DNA of 64,000 nt from Octopus bimaculoides. Taxonomy: Eukaryota. Below, piece after piece: positions 24,661 through 38,475 of this stretch (its first letter is position 1; each line of letters opens with the position of its first letter). Both the position numbers and the translations under genes were made by a program. The notes beneath the pieces are model-generated. The model was not told where the DNA came from, searched no databases, and worked only from the letters and a program-made list of their open reading frames with translations. The DNA is taken from positions 5,248,007 through 5,312,006 of the forward strand of contig NC_068992.1 of assembly GCF_001194135.2 (NCBI RefSeq), in the 5' to 3' direction.

Positions 24661-26868
24661 TCATTATTCTCATAATTGCTATTAAGTCTTTATTACTAAC
24701 AACATTCGTAATTACCGTATTTACGTTATAGATTTCTCAGTTATATGATATTAACATTATCGCCAGAAGCAAACTGATAGACATATTAAATTAATATCTT
24801 GAACAGTTCTTAGTTGAAGATTATATGCATTAATCTTCAATGTCCGGTGAAGTTGAGTGATATTTCCTTTAATACAGACATGATATGTATGCAAATGCAT
24901 TGACTTCAACCAGAAATTTGGAAGTCTTTACTTCACTGATTCAATGAACTTTAATTACAATATAACCTCTACCAAAAATCTTTATCAACAGACATTCATT
25001 TATAAATGCTATGGAATATTATCACTAAATTTATGCAAAATATGCAGCTCTTCTGTTTTGTTTTTGTTATTTTTGCATAAAAGAAAAAAAAAATCTTTAG
25101 ATTATTTCTGAATGAATCAGTTTGCAGGAATTTATCAACCGATAATGACCTGTAGCTTTCACTTTGAAAGCTAAAAAAACAGAGCAAAAAGGGATGTGAA
25201 ATCTCTTTAAATGTTAATGATCCCAATCATAAAAATTGTAATTGTTTTATTATCATTATTATTGATTTCATTCGTACATTGAAGATTTGGATACGTTTTT
25301 GAACTTTGTACATTTCAGAGAAGAACCATCGCCAATCTAACAAAATAAGTTTGATAATATTCATAAAGAGAAACAGAGCCACAAAATCCATATGTAGGTT
25401 TAAGTAATATATCCACTTAAATAATTCGGTGTGAAACTAAAAGTGGCATGCACTATTGAAACGTACTATGTGGTGTTAATTAATGAGATGGATGTGGCTA
25501 CTGATAAAGAGAAAACATTGTAGGGTTTGAAATGGAATTTAGATCACTGAAGTCAGCTCATAAACAGTAAATTGCATATCATTATTAGTAAGCTTAAAAC
25601 AACATTAACACAGGTTTTGTTTGCGGATTGAAGTCCATTTAGAAGCAAACGCATGCAACGTTATGAGCAACATTTAGAAGAAGAGGCCGACGCCTGGAAA
25701 AAAGGAGAATTTCGGTGTATTGCCAAATAAGGCACTCTGGAATATTATTCTCTACTCACGATTTCAGCTGTAAGCGAAAAACTAAAGCAAAAATGTTACC
25801 GTTAAGTATGTTGGCAACAGAAATTTCTTTCAGACATGGTTAAAGAAAGTTGTACATCATCTCCCTCTTGCTCTCACATACGACCCCTTTGTCTTTCTTT
25901 TATTACTGCTCCCACTGCCACCATCAACACTACTGCTGTCAATAAAACATCATGAACTCTCCTTAAATTTCTTTGTCACATTGTTTCTCCCTCTTAGACG
26001 GCATTATATTAAGTCCAACTATATTACAAACAGATTCATAAGAGTTGTAATGCATTTTCTACAGTAGGTTTGCTAGTTATATATCTAGGTTCTCAAGATC
26101 CTCAGCGACATCCACAGAATTTCTCAGTATAATTAGAAAAACAATTTGTTTATATTTCAGTAAGACATTCAGAGAAGATAGGCGAACGCTCATGGCATTT
26201 TTTGATGACTGGAAAATCTGATAAAAATAAATGAGGTATATATCAGCGTTGAATATATAGTTAAAAACATTACATCATGGACTACAGAGCTGATGAGAAC
26301 CAAACTGAACATGCAATAATCTTCCACCAATGAACACTAATATGTTTTAAGCTTTCTTAGCGAAAGTTACGCTGGTGACAGAATGTAGTCTCTCTACGAA
26401 AGTTCTCCATGCTATTTCCGATTAATTTTCACTCTATGAACGCCATTCATGAAAAGTTTGGAGAATGTGGAATTATCTCAGAAACATTACCTGCGGGTAG
26501 TAGTTTAATCAAAATATCGTTTATTTGAAATCATACACTTCCATACAATATTCTGTTATATCTCCAGCAAACCTTCTCAGGTGTCCAGGTGCGGCCTTAA
26601 ACAGAATGAAATAATAATTTACTTTATTGAAACCTTATAATTATTAACAATATATATATATATATATATAACACATCGATTGCTCTATATGGTGATCCAT
26701 TTTTTGTATATTTCATCATTACAGTTCTAATATCCAATGAATAATCAGCGGTTTTCTTGTCTTATACTTAGTAATATCTAATTAATTCTGTTTACATTAT
26801 CATTTCAACATACATCGGTTCAACATATACCATTATTTATCTACAATGGCAGATTATTTCAATTACAG

Positions 26869-26994
26869 TATACCGCAAAGCTTTTTTGTCCATCAGTTTC
26901 TTAGCTACTGTTGTGCTCAATTGGAGTCTGAATTCCTGTTTCATCAATGCAAATTGCCATGCTATGACTGTCATAACGGCAGCATTATTGCTGT
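26869..26994. CDS. Candidate exon, strand ambiguous
   Basis: Plus: ttatttcaattacag| 126 nt |gtaagc, open in two frames (IPQSFFVHQFLSYCCAQLESEFLFHQCKLPCYDCHNGSIIA). Minus 26990-26874: tttgcttacacag| 117 nt |gtatac (NNAAVMTVIAWQFALMKQEFRLQLSTTVAKKLMDKKAL). Confidence 0.3.
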
Positions 26995-27167
26995 GTAAGC
27001 AAATATGATTTTTTAAGAACTTTCGTTCGACCAAATCCTTGCCATACGTTCTCATATATATATATCTTTTGTTTGCATTTAGAGTAACAATAGCTTTGTT
27101 ATTTAGATCTGTATGCAAACGTAAATGCAAACGCAGGAAAGAAGCATCAAGACGAAGAGAGAAAGAG

Positions 27168-27209
<42 letters not shown>

Positions 27210-27359
27210 GAGAAAGAGAGAGGAAAGAGAGAGAGAGAGGAGAAACAGAAAGTGACAGAATGACAGAGAGATAATGCATTGGAGTGAATAAGTAAATGAG
27301 AAGTCGGAATTTGGGATTATTCCTTATTAGCGCTTTAATTTACATACACACACACACAT

Positions 27360-27391
<32 letters not shown>

Positions 27392-27407
27392 TATTTTATA
27401 GTTTCAG

Positions 27408-27454
<47 letters not shown>

Positions 27455-28418
27455 TATATATACCTATATATACATATATATACATATATATATACATATA
27501 TATTTACATATATATGTATATATATATGCGCATACATACATACATACATAATACTTACATGCATATATATATAGATACATATAAAAAGCATTGGCGCGGT
27601 AATCATAAAATGCATTAGCCTAATACAACCTCTCAACAAATTCACATATTCACATTAAATGTATGTTGTAAACAGATGCCCCAGAGGTAATATATTAGAA
27701 AACATAAGACACAATTCTAAAGAAAATCGCCATATTTGCGTTCGTTGTTTAATAGATACTATAGGTTATTTCAAGTTAATCGGAAATAGATATCATTTTC
27801 CAAGCATCCATGATTTAATATGTGTGACGCTATTCAACATCAAAGAGATCTGTGCTTTGGGAACTATAGTAGTTTAGCTTCTTTCAATTTTGTTTCACCA
27901 GTACTGAATGCAGACACTTTGATACACAAGTTACAACACAAAGATAACATTTTCCAGCGAATAATGTCTGTATTGCAGTCAAAAATCGCAATTTCTTTTA
28001 TCTGTAGTAAAGTTTATAAATACAGACTGCTCTGAATACTTCTTCGAGTAGGAATACAGTATAATTCTGAAGGTTGCCTAGTTATGTGACATTATGAGGA
28101 GAAGGAAAGCGAGAGGTTTATGTAATTGAAATATCACTGGGAAATCGTACACAACTCTAGCAATCGTGTTAAAAACGGATGCCAACGATAATGTAAGGCA
28201 GGGGCCAATGTAATTATTTAAAGAATATTTATTCATGCATTTAATGACATCTATCACAAGGTTCGATTGAGATTCATCCAGAAATAAACAATGATGAAAA
28301 TTGAACACATGATTGCACACGCTCTCATAGAAACGCAGGTACAAATACTTGTATGTATGTATTATGTATGTATGTATATATGTATAAGTATATGTGTATG
28401 TATATCTATATATGTATG

Positions 28419-28494
<76 letters not shown>

Positions 28495-30085
28495 TATATG
28501 TGTGTGTGTATATGATTATATATATGTGTAAATGTGCATACTTCATGAGAGTACGTACGTGTGTTGCATTCACATGCATGCAGAAGCTTATAGGCTACAA
28601 CATATATATATATACATATATATATATGTCGTATTCTCATCATATGTTTTCAGGATTTTCCATAGATACGTTATAAGCACCGTCTTCTTATCCACGATGT
28701 GGTCATCAGGAAATTACAAATCAACATAGAAATACAGATATAAAGAAACACACACACACACACACACACACGCACAATCATATATATATACAAATATTGT
28801 AATGCAGAAATATGAAGATTTTTTTGTCGATATATTTGCAGAAATATAATTATACTAATAGAAAATTAGTTTGGGAAAGTTAAAATAGTGGTGTAGATAA
28901 TGGAATTAATTGATGCCATTAAATAGATTATATGATGATGTATTGTTTAGGTAAAATGAGTTATATTGATCACCGCGAATAATATGTCATGAATTATTAG
29001 ACACTATCTTTGCTGTCATGGATACTATTTCAAATAGCAGCAGAGAGTGAGTACTTTTTATTTTTTTTATTTTTTTATTTTTTTTGCTGTAACAACTAAA
29101 ATGAGATTATGCAACTGAGGACGCGTTCGTAGAATTGCAACGCGACAGAAAGTGCAAATCTACTGAGTACTTATTAAGGATGTTTGCTACGATTTTGATC
29201 CTGATCATACATATTTTGGAATAAGAAATAGGGATGGATATTATCGGCTTTGCAGAGGATGTGTCTCAGAAAGATGGAGGAGTGATACCTCAGATAGGAC
29301 GGTTGGAAATATGTGTATATTACTTCGGTGATATAATTTCGCCTGGGAACATTAAATCAATAAATTATGACGAGAAATTCTCGATCAAGTTGTAGTGTAT
29401 GCTTTCCGTATATATTCCCATTGATTAATAAGTCTACCTACTGCCAAATTCAATAGCGATGCGACCGTTATATCTGGTAGTTAAAGACTGAAAACATACC
29501 GAATTTACGTAGAATTCTAGAAGGAGTTTCCATTCTAGTATGATTATTTTTCATGTCAACATCTTTCCACATTACATGTTCCACTGATCAATTAACCTGA
29601 GACAAGCACTAATCATATTTTGGATGTTGACATCACAAACGTGCTCATTGAATTATACGCTGTCAGTGAAAAATGAAAAGTAAATAGAAATTAGTGACGT
29701 TTAACAATGTTAATCAGCTGGTAGTTAGTGTTGAGTACTGCGTATAATTAGTAGTAAGCTGTCTGTTATGTAAAACAAAAATCCGAATTTCTAAACCCAT
29801 GGAGTTATAAAATTTGTCTCTAATACTTTGGATCTGATCGTGTGTGGTTGATTTTTCCAGCGGAAAATTGTTCCAGCGATTAATTTGACACGGAGAATCG
29901 GTTATATACCTTCTATCAATTTAGTATTGCAAAAACATTTATGTCATAACCTTAGTTAAGCACTTTCAGAAAGTATCAATTTTTTAGTCCCAAGTCTTTT
30001 GAAAAGAAACGAAGGTAGATCTAAACTGACTTTTTCTTCAAAATGTTATAAAACAGAGGCGTTACTGTTTAAAACATTTTCCTAG

Positions 30086-30187
30086 ATTGCCGTACCACAA
30101 GTATCTAGCTGCGTTTAGCCAAGAGATTAATGGAAAAAATACCAATATCGAATTACTTCTCTACTCTGTTTTCTCCATTCCATGCGG
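30086..30187 (+). CDS. Candidate internal exon (LPYHKYLAAFSQEINGKNTNIELLLYSVFSIPC)
   Basis: Acceptor acattttcctag|, 102 nt, the only open plus frame (phase 2 to 2), donor CGG|gtaatg. Peptide not recognised. Confidence 0.33.
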
Positions 30188-30216
30188 GTAATGGTTACTT
30201 ATTTGTTGCCTCTTTA

Positions 30217-30217
30217 A

Positions 30218-30289
<72 letters not shown>

Positions 30290-30445
30290 CATCATTATTT
30301 GTTTATTACTATTATTTGCTTAATAAATGTATAAGCAATGTTATCTTAATATCACACTTTTACTCGATATAAATCCGCGAACAGTTGTGTTTGTTATTGT
30401 CTTGGTTTCTTAAACAAACTGGTTCTTCTGACAAATCAAAAACAA

Positions 30446-30496
<51 letters not shown>

Positions 30497-30590
30497 CATT
30501 GTTATTATTGTTATTATTATTACCATTGTTGTTATTATCATTAGTAATAATAATGATGATAATAATAATAATAATAACTATTATTATTAC
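30217..30590. repeat. Two (TAT)n/(AAT)n microsatellite tracts
   Basis: Direct reading at about 30217-30310 and 30445-30590. Confidence 0.93.
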
Positions 30591-32600
30591 ATAAGACCCA
30601 AAACATTGGAATAGTTTGTAACATATGTCAATTCCAACACTTTGGTCTGATTAATATATCTAGACAGCAATGTGTGTGCGCGTGTAAATTCTATTTATTT
30701 ATATGTGTGTGTGTGTGTGTCAGTGTTTATGTATACATACATACACATAAATATATATATATATATACATACATACATATATGTGTATGCATACATACAT
30801 ACATATACATACATACATATATATANNNNNNNNNNNNNNNNNNNNNNNNNNNNNNNNNNNNNNNNNNNNNNNNNNNNNNNNNNNNNNNNNNNNNNNNNNN
30901 NNNNNNNNNNNNNNNNNNNNNNNNNNNNNNNNNNNNNNNNNNNNNNNNNNNNNNNNNNNNNNNNNNNNNNNNNNNNNNNNNNNNNNNNNNNNNNNNNNNN
31001 NNNNNNNNNNNNNNNNNNNNNNNNNNNNNNNNNNNNNNNNNNNNNNNNNNNNNNNNNNNNNNNNNNNNNNNNNNNNNNNNNNNNNNNNNNNNNNNNNNNN
31101 NNNNNNNNNNNNNNNNNNNNNNNNNNNNNNNNNNNNNNNNNNNNNNNNNNNNNNNNNNNNNNNNNNNNNNNNNNNNNNNNNNNNNNNNNNNNNNNNNNNN
31201 NNNNNNNNNNNNNNNNNNNNNNNNNNNNNNNNNNNNNNNNNNNNNNNNNNNNNNNNNNNNNNNNNNNNNNNNNNNNNNNNNNNNNNNNNNNNNNNNNNNN
31301 NNNNNNNNNNNNNNNNNNNNNNNNNNNNNNNNNNNNNNNNNNNNNNNNNNNNNNTATATATGTATATATATGTGTGTATATATGTGTATGTGTTTATATA
31401 TGTGTATATATGTGTATGTGTATATACGATATCTAATAATATTTAGAATTATAATGCGAATGTCTAAGATCTTTAGAAAGTTCACTTTTGAATTGGAGTG
31501 AAAAAGCCTTCAAGAATGCAAACTTCAAATGACAGATTCTGAAATAAATCATAGTAATGCCAGCAACAGGAATAACACAACAACAATAAATAGAAAACCG
31601 GCGAGCTCTTGTGAAAATTCCTCTATTACACTTTGAAAGAACTTTGTCTTTCTCATCTGAAACTTTTGCTCTGCGCACTTTCCCCATGCAATCTTCAGAT
31701 GAATTATCATCCCCCATTGTTGACCCTAACAATGGCTATTAACTGACTTCTGACCTTTTGGCTCTCTGTCTGCTTGCCGAACATGTCAGAGCAATGTGAA
31801 TTGTCTTCAATCAGCTTTTCACCTTTCTCATTGCATTTGTATGACCTTTGTGGCTTCAAAGGCTGTTATTGCGAATATGAAGTCTTCTTTTCTACTTATG
31901 CATTGTATCTCCTATTTCTCTCGCTCTTCTATTCTCTAACTCTTATCCTTTCGACTTCACTTTCGTGGTATTTCTCTTTCCTTCACTTTCCTTGCATTGT
32001 TCAGGTTCTCCAAAACCACTGACCTTTGTTCAGTGCAAATTAATGCTAGTGACGCCAGAACAATAGCGAACATTAAACATATGAAACCAAACACAGAATA
32101 CATATATATTGTAATTATACGAAATATTAGGTTTAAATTGTTTCCTATTTTCAGGTGTTTCTACCTCATTTTTTTTTTTCATTTCTGAATGTTAAATCCA
32201 AGATTTAACAGAACGGAAGTATTCTGTTTGTAACTATAATGAAAATATTTATTTTTCACCTCTGTTTCTTTCATTATTATCAATATTACATATATGTACA
32301 AGAAGATTTTTCTAAAATGCCATTTGGGATCAAACAATACGAAAAGTTTTGGATTTCTAATCTCCAACTAAATATTACGATTGTCCATATTATGATTGTC
32401 TCTATTGTAAACGTCCTAAATAGTAAAAGTATTAGCCAGATAGGTTTATGCATTCACTTAGCCATGTATAGCCCTGTGTTCGAACCTTGCTGAATGTGGG
32501 AGAAATGCTTAATATCTCCTTCCGATATCCACAAAAATATGATGCTTTATAGGTAGCGTTACAGTTTGTATAAATGTTAATACATAATTATTTACTTTAA

Positions 32601-32950
32601 GGCGGCGAGCTGGCAGAGTGGTTAGCACGCCGGTCGAAATGCTTTGCGGTATTTCGTCTCCCGTTACGTTCTGAGTTCAAATTCCACCGAGGTCGATAAA
32701 TTAAGTACCAGTTACGCACTGGGGTTGATGTAATCGACTTGTTCCCTTTGTCTGTCCTTGTTTGTCCCCTCTATGTTTAGCCCCTTGTGGATAATAAAGA
32801 AATAAGAAATGATAGCACGCTCGGCGAAATGCTTACCGGTATTTCGTCTGTCTTTACGTTCTGAGTTCAAATTCCGCTGAGGTCGACTTTTCCTTTCGTC
32901 CTTTCTGGGGTCGATCTAAAAATTTCGGGCATTGTTCGTAGAGTAGAAAA
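32601..32950 (+). mobile_element. SINE family A, head-to-tail dimer
   Basis: First unit ggcggcgagctggcagagtgg (A box TGGCAGAGTGG) ... gagttcaaattcc (B box) ... tail ataataaagaaataagaa at about 32791-32808. A second 5'-clipped unit tagcacgctcggcgaaatgc...gagttcaaattcc follows directly. Confidence 0.9.
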
Positions 32951-33153
32951 AATACTAGAAAAGAATACATAATTACTTATAAAATATTAACAGACGCAAT
33001 AGAAAGTGGTGGAATGAAATCAGAGAGAAATGATTCAAGAATGACTTACTTATATTAGACAAAACATACACTTCGCGAGGAAATAAATAATAACTTTTTA
33101 ATGCGAGCATTCTATACATTAACTATGATAATGATCTACATCGACTATACACA

Positions 33154-33201
<48 letters not shown>

Positions 33202-33212
33202 ACACACACATA

Positions 33213-33312
33213 CAGGGTGCAATGGGTAAATTGTCGCTATTTATATATTTAATTTCACGCATGGGCATTGTTTTTGATTTTTGTCGACTACAGCATATAG
33301 TAGGGTCCGGAT
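33213..33312 (+). mobile_element. 5' end of a DD37D/maT-type Tc1/mariner element (rest lost in gap)
   Basis: TA (33211-33212) + cagggtgcaatgggtaaattgtcgc; about 100 bp aligns with the 5' end of the element at 48626. Confidence 0.75.
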
Positions 33313-35284
33313 ATATNNNNNNNNNNNNNNNNNNNNNNNNNNNNNNNNNNNNNNNNNNNNNNNNNNNNNNNNNNNNNNNNNNNNNNNNNNNNNNNNNNNN
33401 NNNNNNNNNNNNNNNNNNNNNNNNNNNNNNNNNNNNNNNNNNNNNNNNNNNNNNNNNNNNNNNNNNNNNNNNNNNNNNNNNNNNNNNNNNNNNNNNNNNN
33501 NNNNNNNNNNNNNNNNNNNNNNNNNNNNNNNNNNNNNNNNNNNNNNNNNNNNNNNNNNNNNNNNNNNNNNNNNNNNNNNNNNNNNNNNNNNNNNNNNNNN
33601 NNNNNNNNNNNNNNNNNNNNNNNNNNNNNNNNNNNNNNNNNNNNNNNNNNNNNNNNNNNNNNNNNNNNNNNNNNNNNNNNNNNNNNNNNNNNNNNNNNNN
33701 NNNNNNNNNNNNNNNNNNNNNNNNNNNNNNNNNNNNNNNNNNNNNNNNNNNNNNNNNNNNNNNNNNNNNNNNNNNNNNNNNNNNNNNNNNNNNNNNNNNN
33801 NNNNNNNNNNNNNNNNNNNNNNNNNNNNNNNNNNNNNNNNNNNNNNNNNNNNNNNNNNNNNNNNNNNNNNNNNNNNNNNNNNNNNNNNNNNNNNNNNNNN
33901 NNNNNNNNNNNNNNNNNNNNNNNNNNNNNNNNNNNNNNNNNNNNNNNNNNNNNNNNNNNNNNNNNNNNNNNNNNNNNNNNNNNNNNNNNNNNNNNNNNNN
34001 NNNNNNNNNNNNNNNNNNNNNNNNNNNNNNNNNNNNNNNNNNNNNNNNNNNNNNNNNNNNNNNNNNNNNNNNNNNNNNNNNNNNNNNNNNNNNNNNNNNN
34101 NNNNNNNNNNNNNNNNNNNNNNNNNNNNNNNNNNNNNNNNNNNNNNNNNNNNNNNNNNNNNNNNNNNNNNNNNNNNNNNNNNNNNNNNNNNNNNNNNNNN
34201 NNNNNNNNNNNNNNNNNNNNNNNNNNNNNNNNNNNNNNNNNNNNNNNNNNNNNNNNNNNNNNNNNNNNNNNNNNNNNNNNNNNNNNNNNNNNNNNATATA
34301 TATATATATACATATATTACTTTAAAAATGAACATAGGAATGTTCCATTATTGTGTAAATTTGTATTAAAAATGGATTAGGAGAACGCGTGCAAAATATG
34401 ACAATAAGTCATCGTTATTTGATACAATTTTAACGTGCCTTTCTAAAACTTTCTGTATTGACTGCAAAGAAAATTGTTTTAATTAAATGAGAGAATATTC
34501 AATTCCTATAATGCACAGTATACATACGCATTGCATTTAATATATTAATATCATTTCTGTATTGTATGATTTTCATAATGGATAGTGAAAATAATATAAC
34601 GCTAATGCATATACAGCCGCTAAGGAAAAACAGTTTTCTGCATATGAGATCTGTCTTTCCTACAGTATACATATGAATTATTATATCAGTAAATATAACA
34701 GGCAATTTTTCTTTTATTTCTACTTATAAATGCGTGCGCAAGACGGGTTAAAACCCGTGAGGATATATTTGTATCCAACAAATAACATCAAATTATTTCA
34801 GTTCAGAACTATTTGAACAGGGCAAGTTACAAACGAATATCTAGTAAATGTTATACAGCATGGGCTATAAAAACTTTAACAGCTTGCTGAGTCAGGTAAT
34901 TCAATACCATCAAAAGGAGGACAGTAAATAACAATTGTAGCTCAATACCATCGAGTTCAACTCAAAATGCATTCTTAGGTAGAAGAACGCATCTACGAAC
35001 TTGCACTTCCACACGGAAGTAAGAGAGGCCACGCTTTTGCGGGACTGTTTCATGTCACAAAGTTACCTACTTATCTTTGGCGCACATTGTTTCATGAAAT
35101 TTGTAATTTGTATGGCCTTTTGCATGATTTTCATAGAATCAATTCTGCTGAAAACGCTAACTACTGCGGTGTTTGTTCTTGTCAGATCAGAGCCTGGTTG
35201 ACAATTTTAAAATAATTATGATAGGTATTGTTACAGCATGTACGTTTTTGCAAATGATAATGACGATTATTATTAATATGCATA

Positions 35285-35320
35285 TGGTGATGAATATAGT
35301 GATGATGATGATGATGATGT

Positions 35321-35360
<40 letters not shown>

Positions 35361-35455
35361 GATGATGATGATGATGATGACGACGACGACGACATTGACG
35401 TTGATGATGCTGATGCTGATGGAGGTGATGACGATGAATATGATGATGATGTTGT
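35285..35455. repeat. (GAT)n/(GAC)n microsatellite
   Basis: Direct reading. Confidence 0.95.
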
Positions 35456-36789
35456 TTTTAATTAGAAGTGGTAAAATATTAATGATCGCTATAATGATGC
35501 TGGCGATGAACAAGCTGATGATGAATGAGTAGGAGTTTGATGATAATTAAATGTAAATATTTGCATTTGTATTTGCAAGTATTCACTGTTTACTGTGAAT
35601 TGAAGCATAATTGCCAAATTCTTAACATCATTAATAATAGTGTTACAGCTTTAAGGTGTGTGGAGAATACATGAATGGATATATAGTAAATTGTTCCTAC
35701 TTTCATTAGTATTTAAAAGGCTTCAAAATAAACATAAAATTCATGGTAGTTTTATTTATGTTATTGGTGTTATCAACTTTGTTCATAAGAAAATACTGTG
35801 TCTGTAAATATGTCTTCATATATGAATTGAGCACGCAAATATTTCCACACCTTAAATTTGCAGCCCAATGTGTTATCCTTTCGATAATTATAGGACACAT
35901 ACAGGGCTACGAAAGTACACTTAAATACCTGCATAGAGAATTTATATGCAATGATATGAATTTATGAAAAAAATGCTCAGAAAAATAATGCTCACATAAA
36001 CACCAAGAACATTTTCCTTACTTAGGCAACACAATGCAATTAAATTTGTGTGGGAGGGTGACACGTTCGTTAAGTCAGGTCAGTCAGAGATTAGTAAATT
36101 ATTCAGGGAATGTGATGAAAGATAAAATTGATAAATGTGTTATTTGAAAACAGAACTCAAGAGCAGATTTGTAACCGGCGTGTCAATAAACGAAGTACAC
36201 ATGGCCTGGTAATAGTGGGGAGTAAAATAGATTATACTGAGCGCTGAACTTGCTTATAGGTTTAATTTAGTGAGACAGAATGGATAAAATTCAAAACTGA
36301 TAACTTCAGAATTACAAACGAACGGAACAAACGAACGAAATAGGCTATTTTAAGCCCCACAGTTTCCTAAATGTGCAAAGAGAAGACACATGTATGAACA
36401 ACAAACAGGTGTATTAGTTTGACGCTCGGAAATGTGAGAAAGTCTTGTACGTTTCGAGCCTATGGTCTTCAACAGAAAGGAATATAAGGAAATAAACAGA
36501 GAGAATAAAAACTTGTGGATGTAGCGATCAATATCATATATATACATATATNNNNNNNNNNNNNNNNNNNNNNNNNNNNNNNNNNNNNNNNNNNNNNNNN
36601 NNNNNNNNNNNNNNNNNNNNNNNNNNNNNNNNNNNNNNNNNNNNNNNNNNNNNNNNNNNNNNNNNNNNNNNNNNNNNNNNNNNNNNNNNNNNNNNNNNNN
36701 NNNNNNNNNNNNNNNNNNNNNNNNNNNNNNNNNNNNNNNNNNNNNNNNNNNNNNNNNNNNNNNNNNNNNNNNNNNNNNNTATATATAAG

Positions 36790-36960
36790 AGTAAAAGGAA
36801 ATGTTCTCTGTGGGACAAACACGTTGTACTCTGGGCAATCTATTAAAGACAATCTATCAAGGTTGTTGGTCTTAACGTTGCTTCTCCTTTCTTCTCTCAT
36901 GGGCAATTTTATGTAGGATATTCTCAAGTTGGATGTCTCAGAACTCCTTTTATTGGTACC
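36790..36960 (+). mobile_element. Helitron helicase C-terminal fragment
   Basis: 36850-36933 translates QSIKVVGLNVASPFFSHGQFYVGYSQVG, matching the PIF1-like Helitron motif QGQ(S/T)L..VGL.L..P.FSHGQLYV..SRV. Confidence 0.8.
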
Positions 36961-37149
36961 ATAATTAAAGGAGACATTGGAAACATTGTAATTTAGAAGA
37001 TCTACAAAATTAGACTGTCATTGATTTCAAGATTTGTTTTAATAACTGTTTATACCTACGTCATCTGATAGAATTTTTCTGAAGATATGTTTTTTACCGG
37101 GTACTTAGGTTAGTATATGTGTGTGTGTGTGTGCGTGAGCGTGCGCGTG

Positions 37150-37350
37150 TGGGTGTTTATTTATATTTTGCCACAACTTGACACCCGATATTGGTGTCTT
37201 TACGTTTCCGTAACTTAACAGTTGTGAAAAACAGGACGATAGAATTAGTACCAGGCTTTAGAAAATGTAGTATTGGTGTCGATTCGTTCCACTAAAATTC
37301 TCGAATTCGGTGCTCCAGTATGGCTACACTCTCATGACTGAAATAAGTAA
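37150..37350 (+). mobile_element. SINE family B 3' part, degenerate
   Basis: cttgacacccgatattggtgtctttacgtttccgtaacttaac...gatagaattagtaccaggcttt...gtcgattcgttccactaaa...ggtgctccagtatggc, collinear with 18641-18898. Confidence 0.6.
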
Positions 37351-38431
37351 AATATTACAGAAACACGCAATCACACACACACACACACACATGTATATGA
37401 TATATAATACACATTCACATTACCATTTTATCGTTATCTATATCAGAAAGGCCAGGTAATTCTTAACAAAACCTGTGAACATTGTTTCAACGTATGAAAG
37501 CTAATCATTATATATTTAATGATAAGAACTCCAACCAAAGTATAGTTAACCATATCAAATAGAAACTGATAATATTAGCTTAAACTAGATTATATCTAAG
37601 AAATATATCTTTCGATAAATATATGATCGTAACACAGAAAATATCACTTACAAATACATCATAGCCAAACAGTTTTATCTCATTGTGTTGACAGATAATT
37701 TTTTTCCCCCTAACAAGGAAGACACGAAAATAAAATAAATTATGAATCGGTAAGTTAGTTTGGTATTTTGAAATAACCTTACATCTTTCGAAGATTATTG
37801 TAAATAAATTAAGGGTATTCACGATGTACAATGCAAAAATACTTAATGTTACTTTCATAGATGAAAGGTTTCTGACAAGTAGAGAAACGTTTTTTTTTTT
37901 CTTTTTTATCAATCAGATATCTCAATCATAAATATATATTTTTTTAAAAAATGTTGGTCTTAATTTATAAAAGTCATTCCTGTTTATCGAAAAGTGTTTC
38001 AGATCAAAACACAGCTTCTACTATTGATATTTTCAATACACTATTTTCTAAGGTAACAATATAGAACTATAGCCATTCAAATTGAGGAGCGTTATAATTC
38101 CAGTATTTGGCTGTAGTGTTATGAGCAATTCTATGTTGTGTGTTTGCAAATTTCGTTTTCAGTCGCTATATTAACCTACCATTGTTCATTTATCGCTGCC
38201 TTATTCTTTTATGTAAATTAACATTCGGTACATTTGAACCATCATACAAATTGACAAACATGTGCATTAGTAAGGCCGTTCACATACATATGCTCATACG
38301 TATGTACGTTCATAGGGGAAGCAGCAAAGTGCATCACTTGTTTGGTTGAAGCTTCATATATTGGCACTTACTTCGTCTGCTTTTATATTACACATAACTG
38401 AGCGAGTTTTATATTGTGTTCACATAAACAC

Positions 38432-38475
<44 letters not shown>

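Noticed and set aside
25760-25767. 8-nt minus-strand microexon candidate (ttttcgcttacag|ctgaaatc|gtgagtag)
   Set aside because: Good-looking splice sites, but such juxtapositions occur by chance and cannot be supported without reads.
32601-32690. Possible tRNA gene (A box TGGCAGAGTGG, B box GTTCAAATTCC)
   Set aside because: No cloverleaf with a clear anticodon arm and acceptor stem; it continues into a SINE body repeated many times in the window.
34743-34758. 7-bp-stem hairpin acgggtt-aa-aacccgt, reminiscent of a Helitron 3' end
   Set aside because: No CTRR terminus follows and it is 2 kb upstream of the helicase fragment; too short to be significant.
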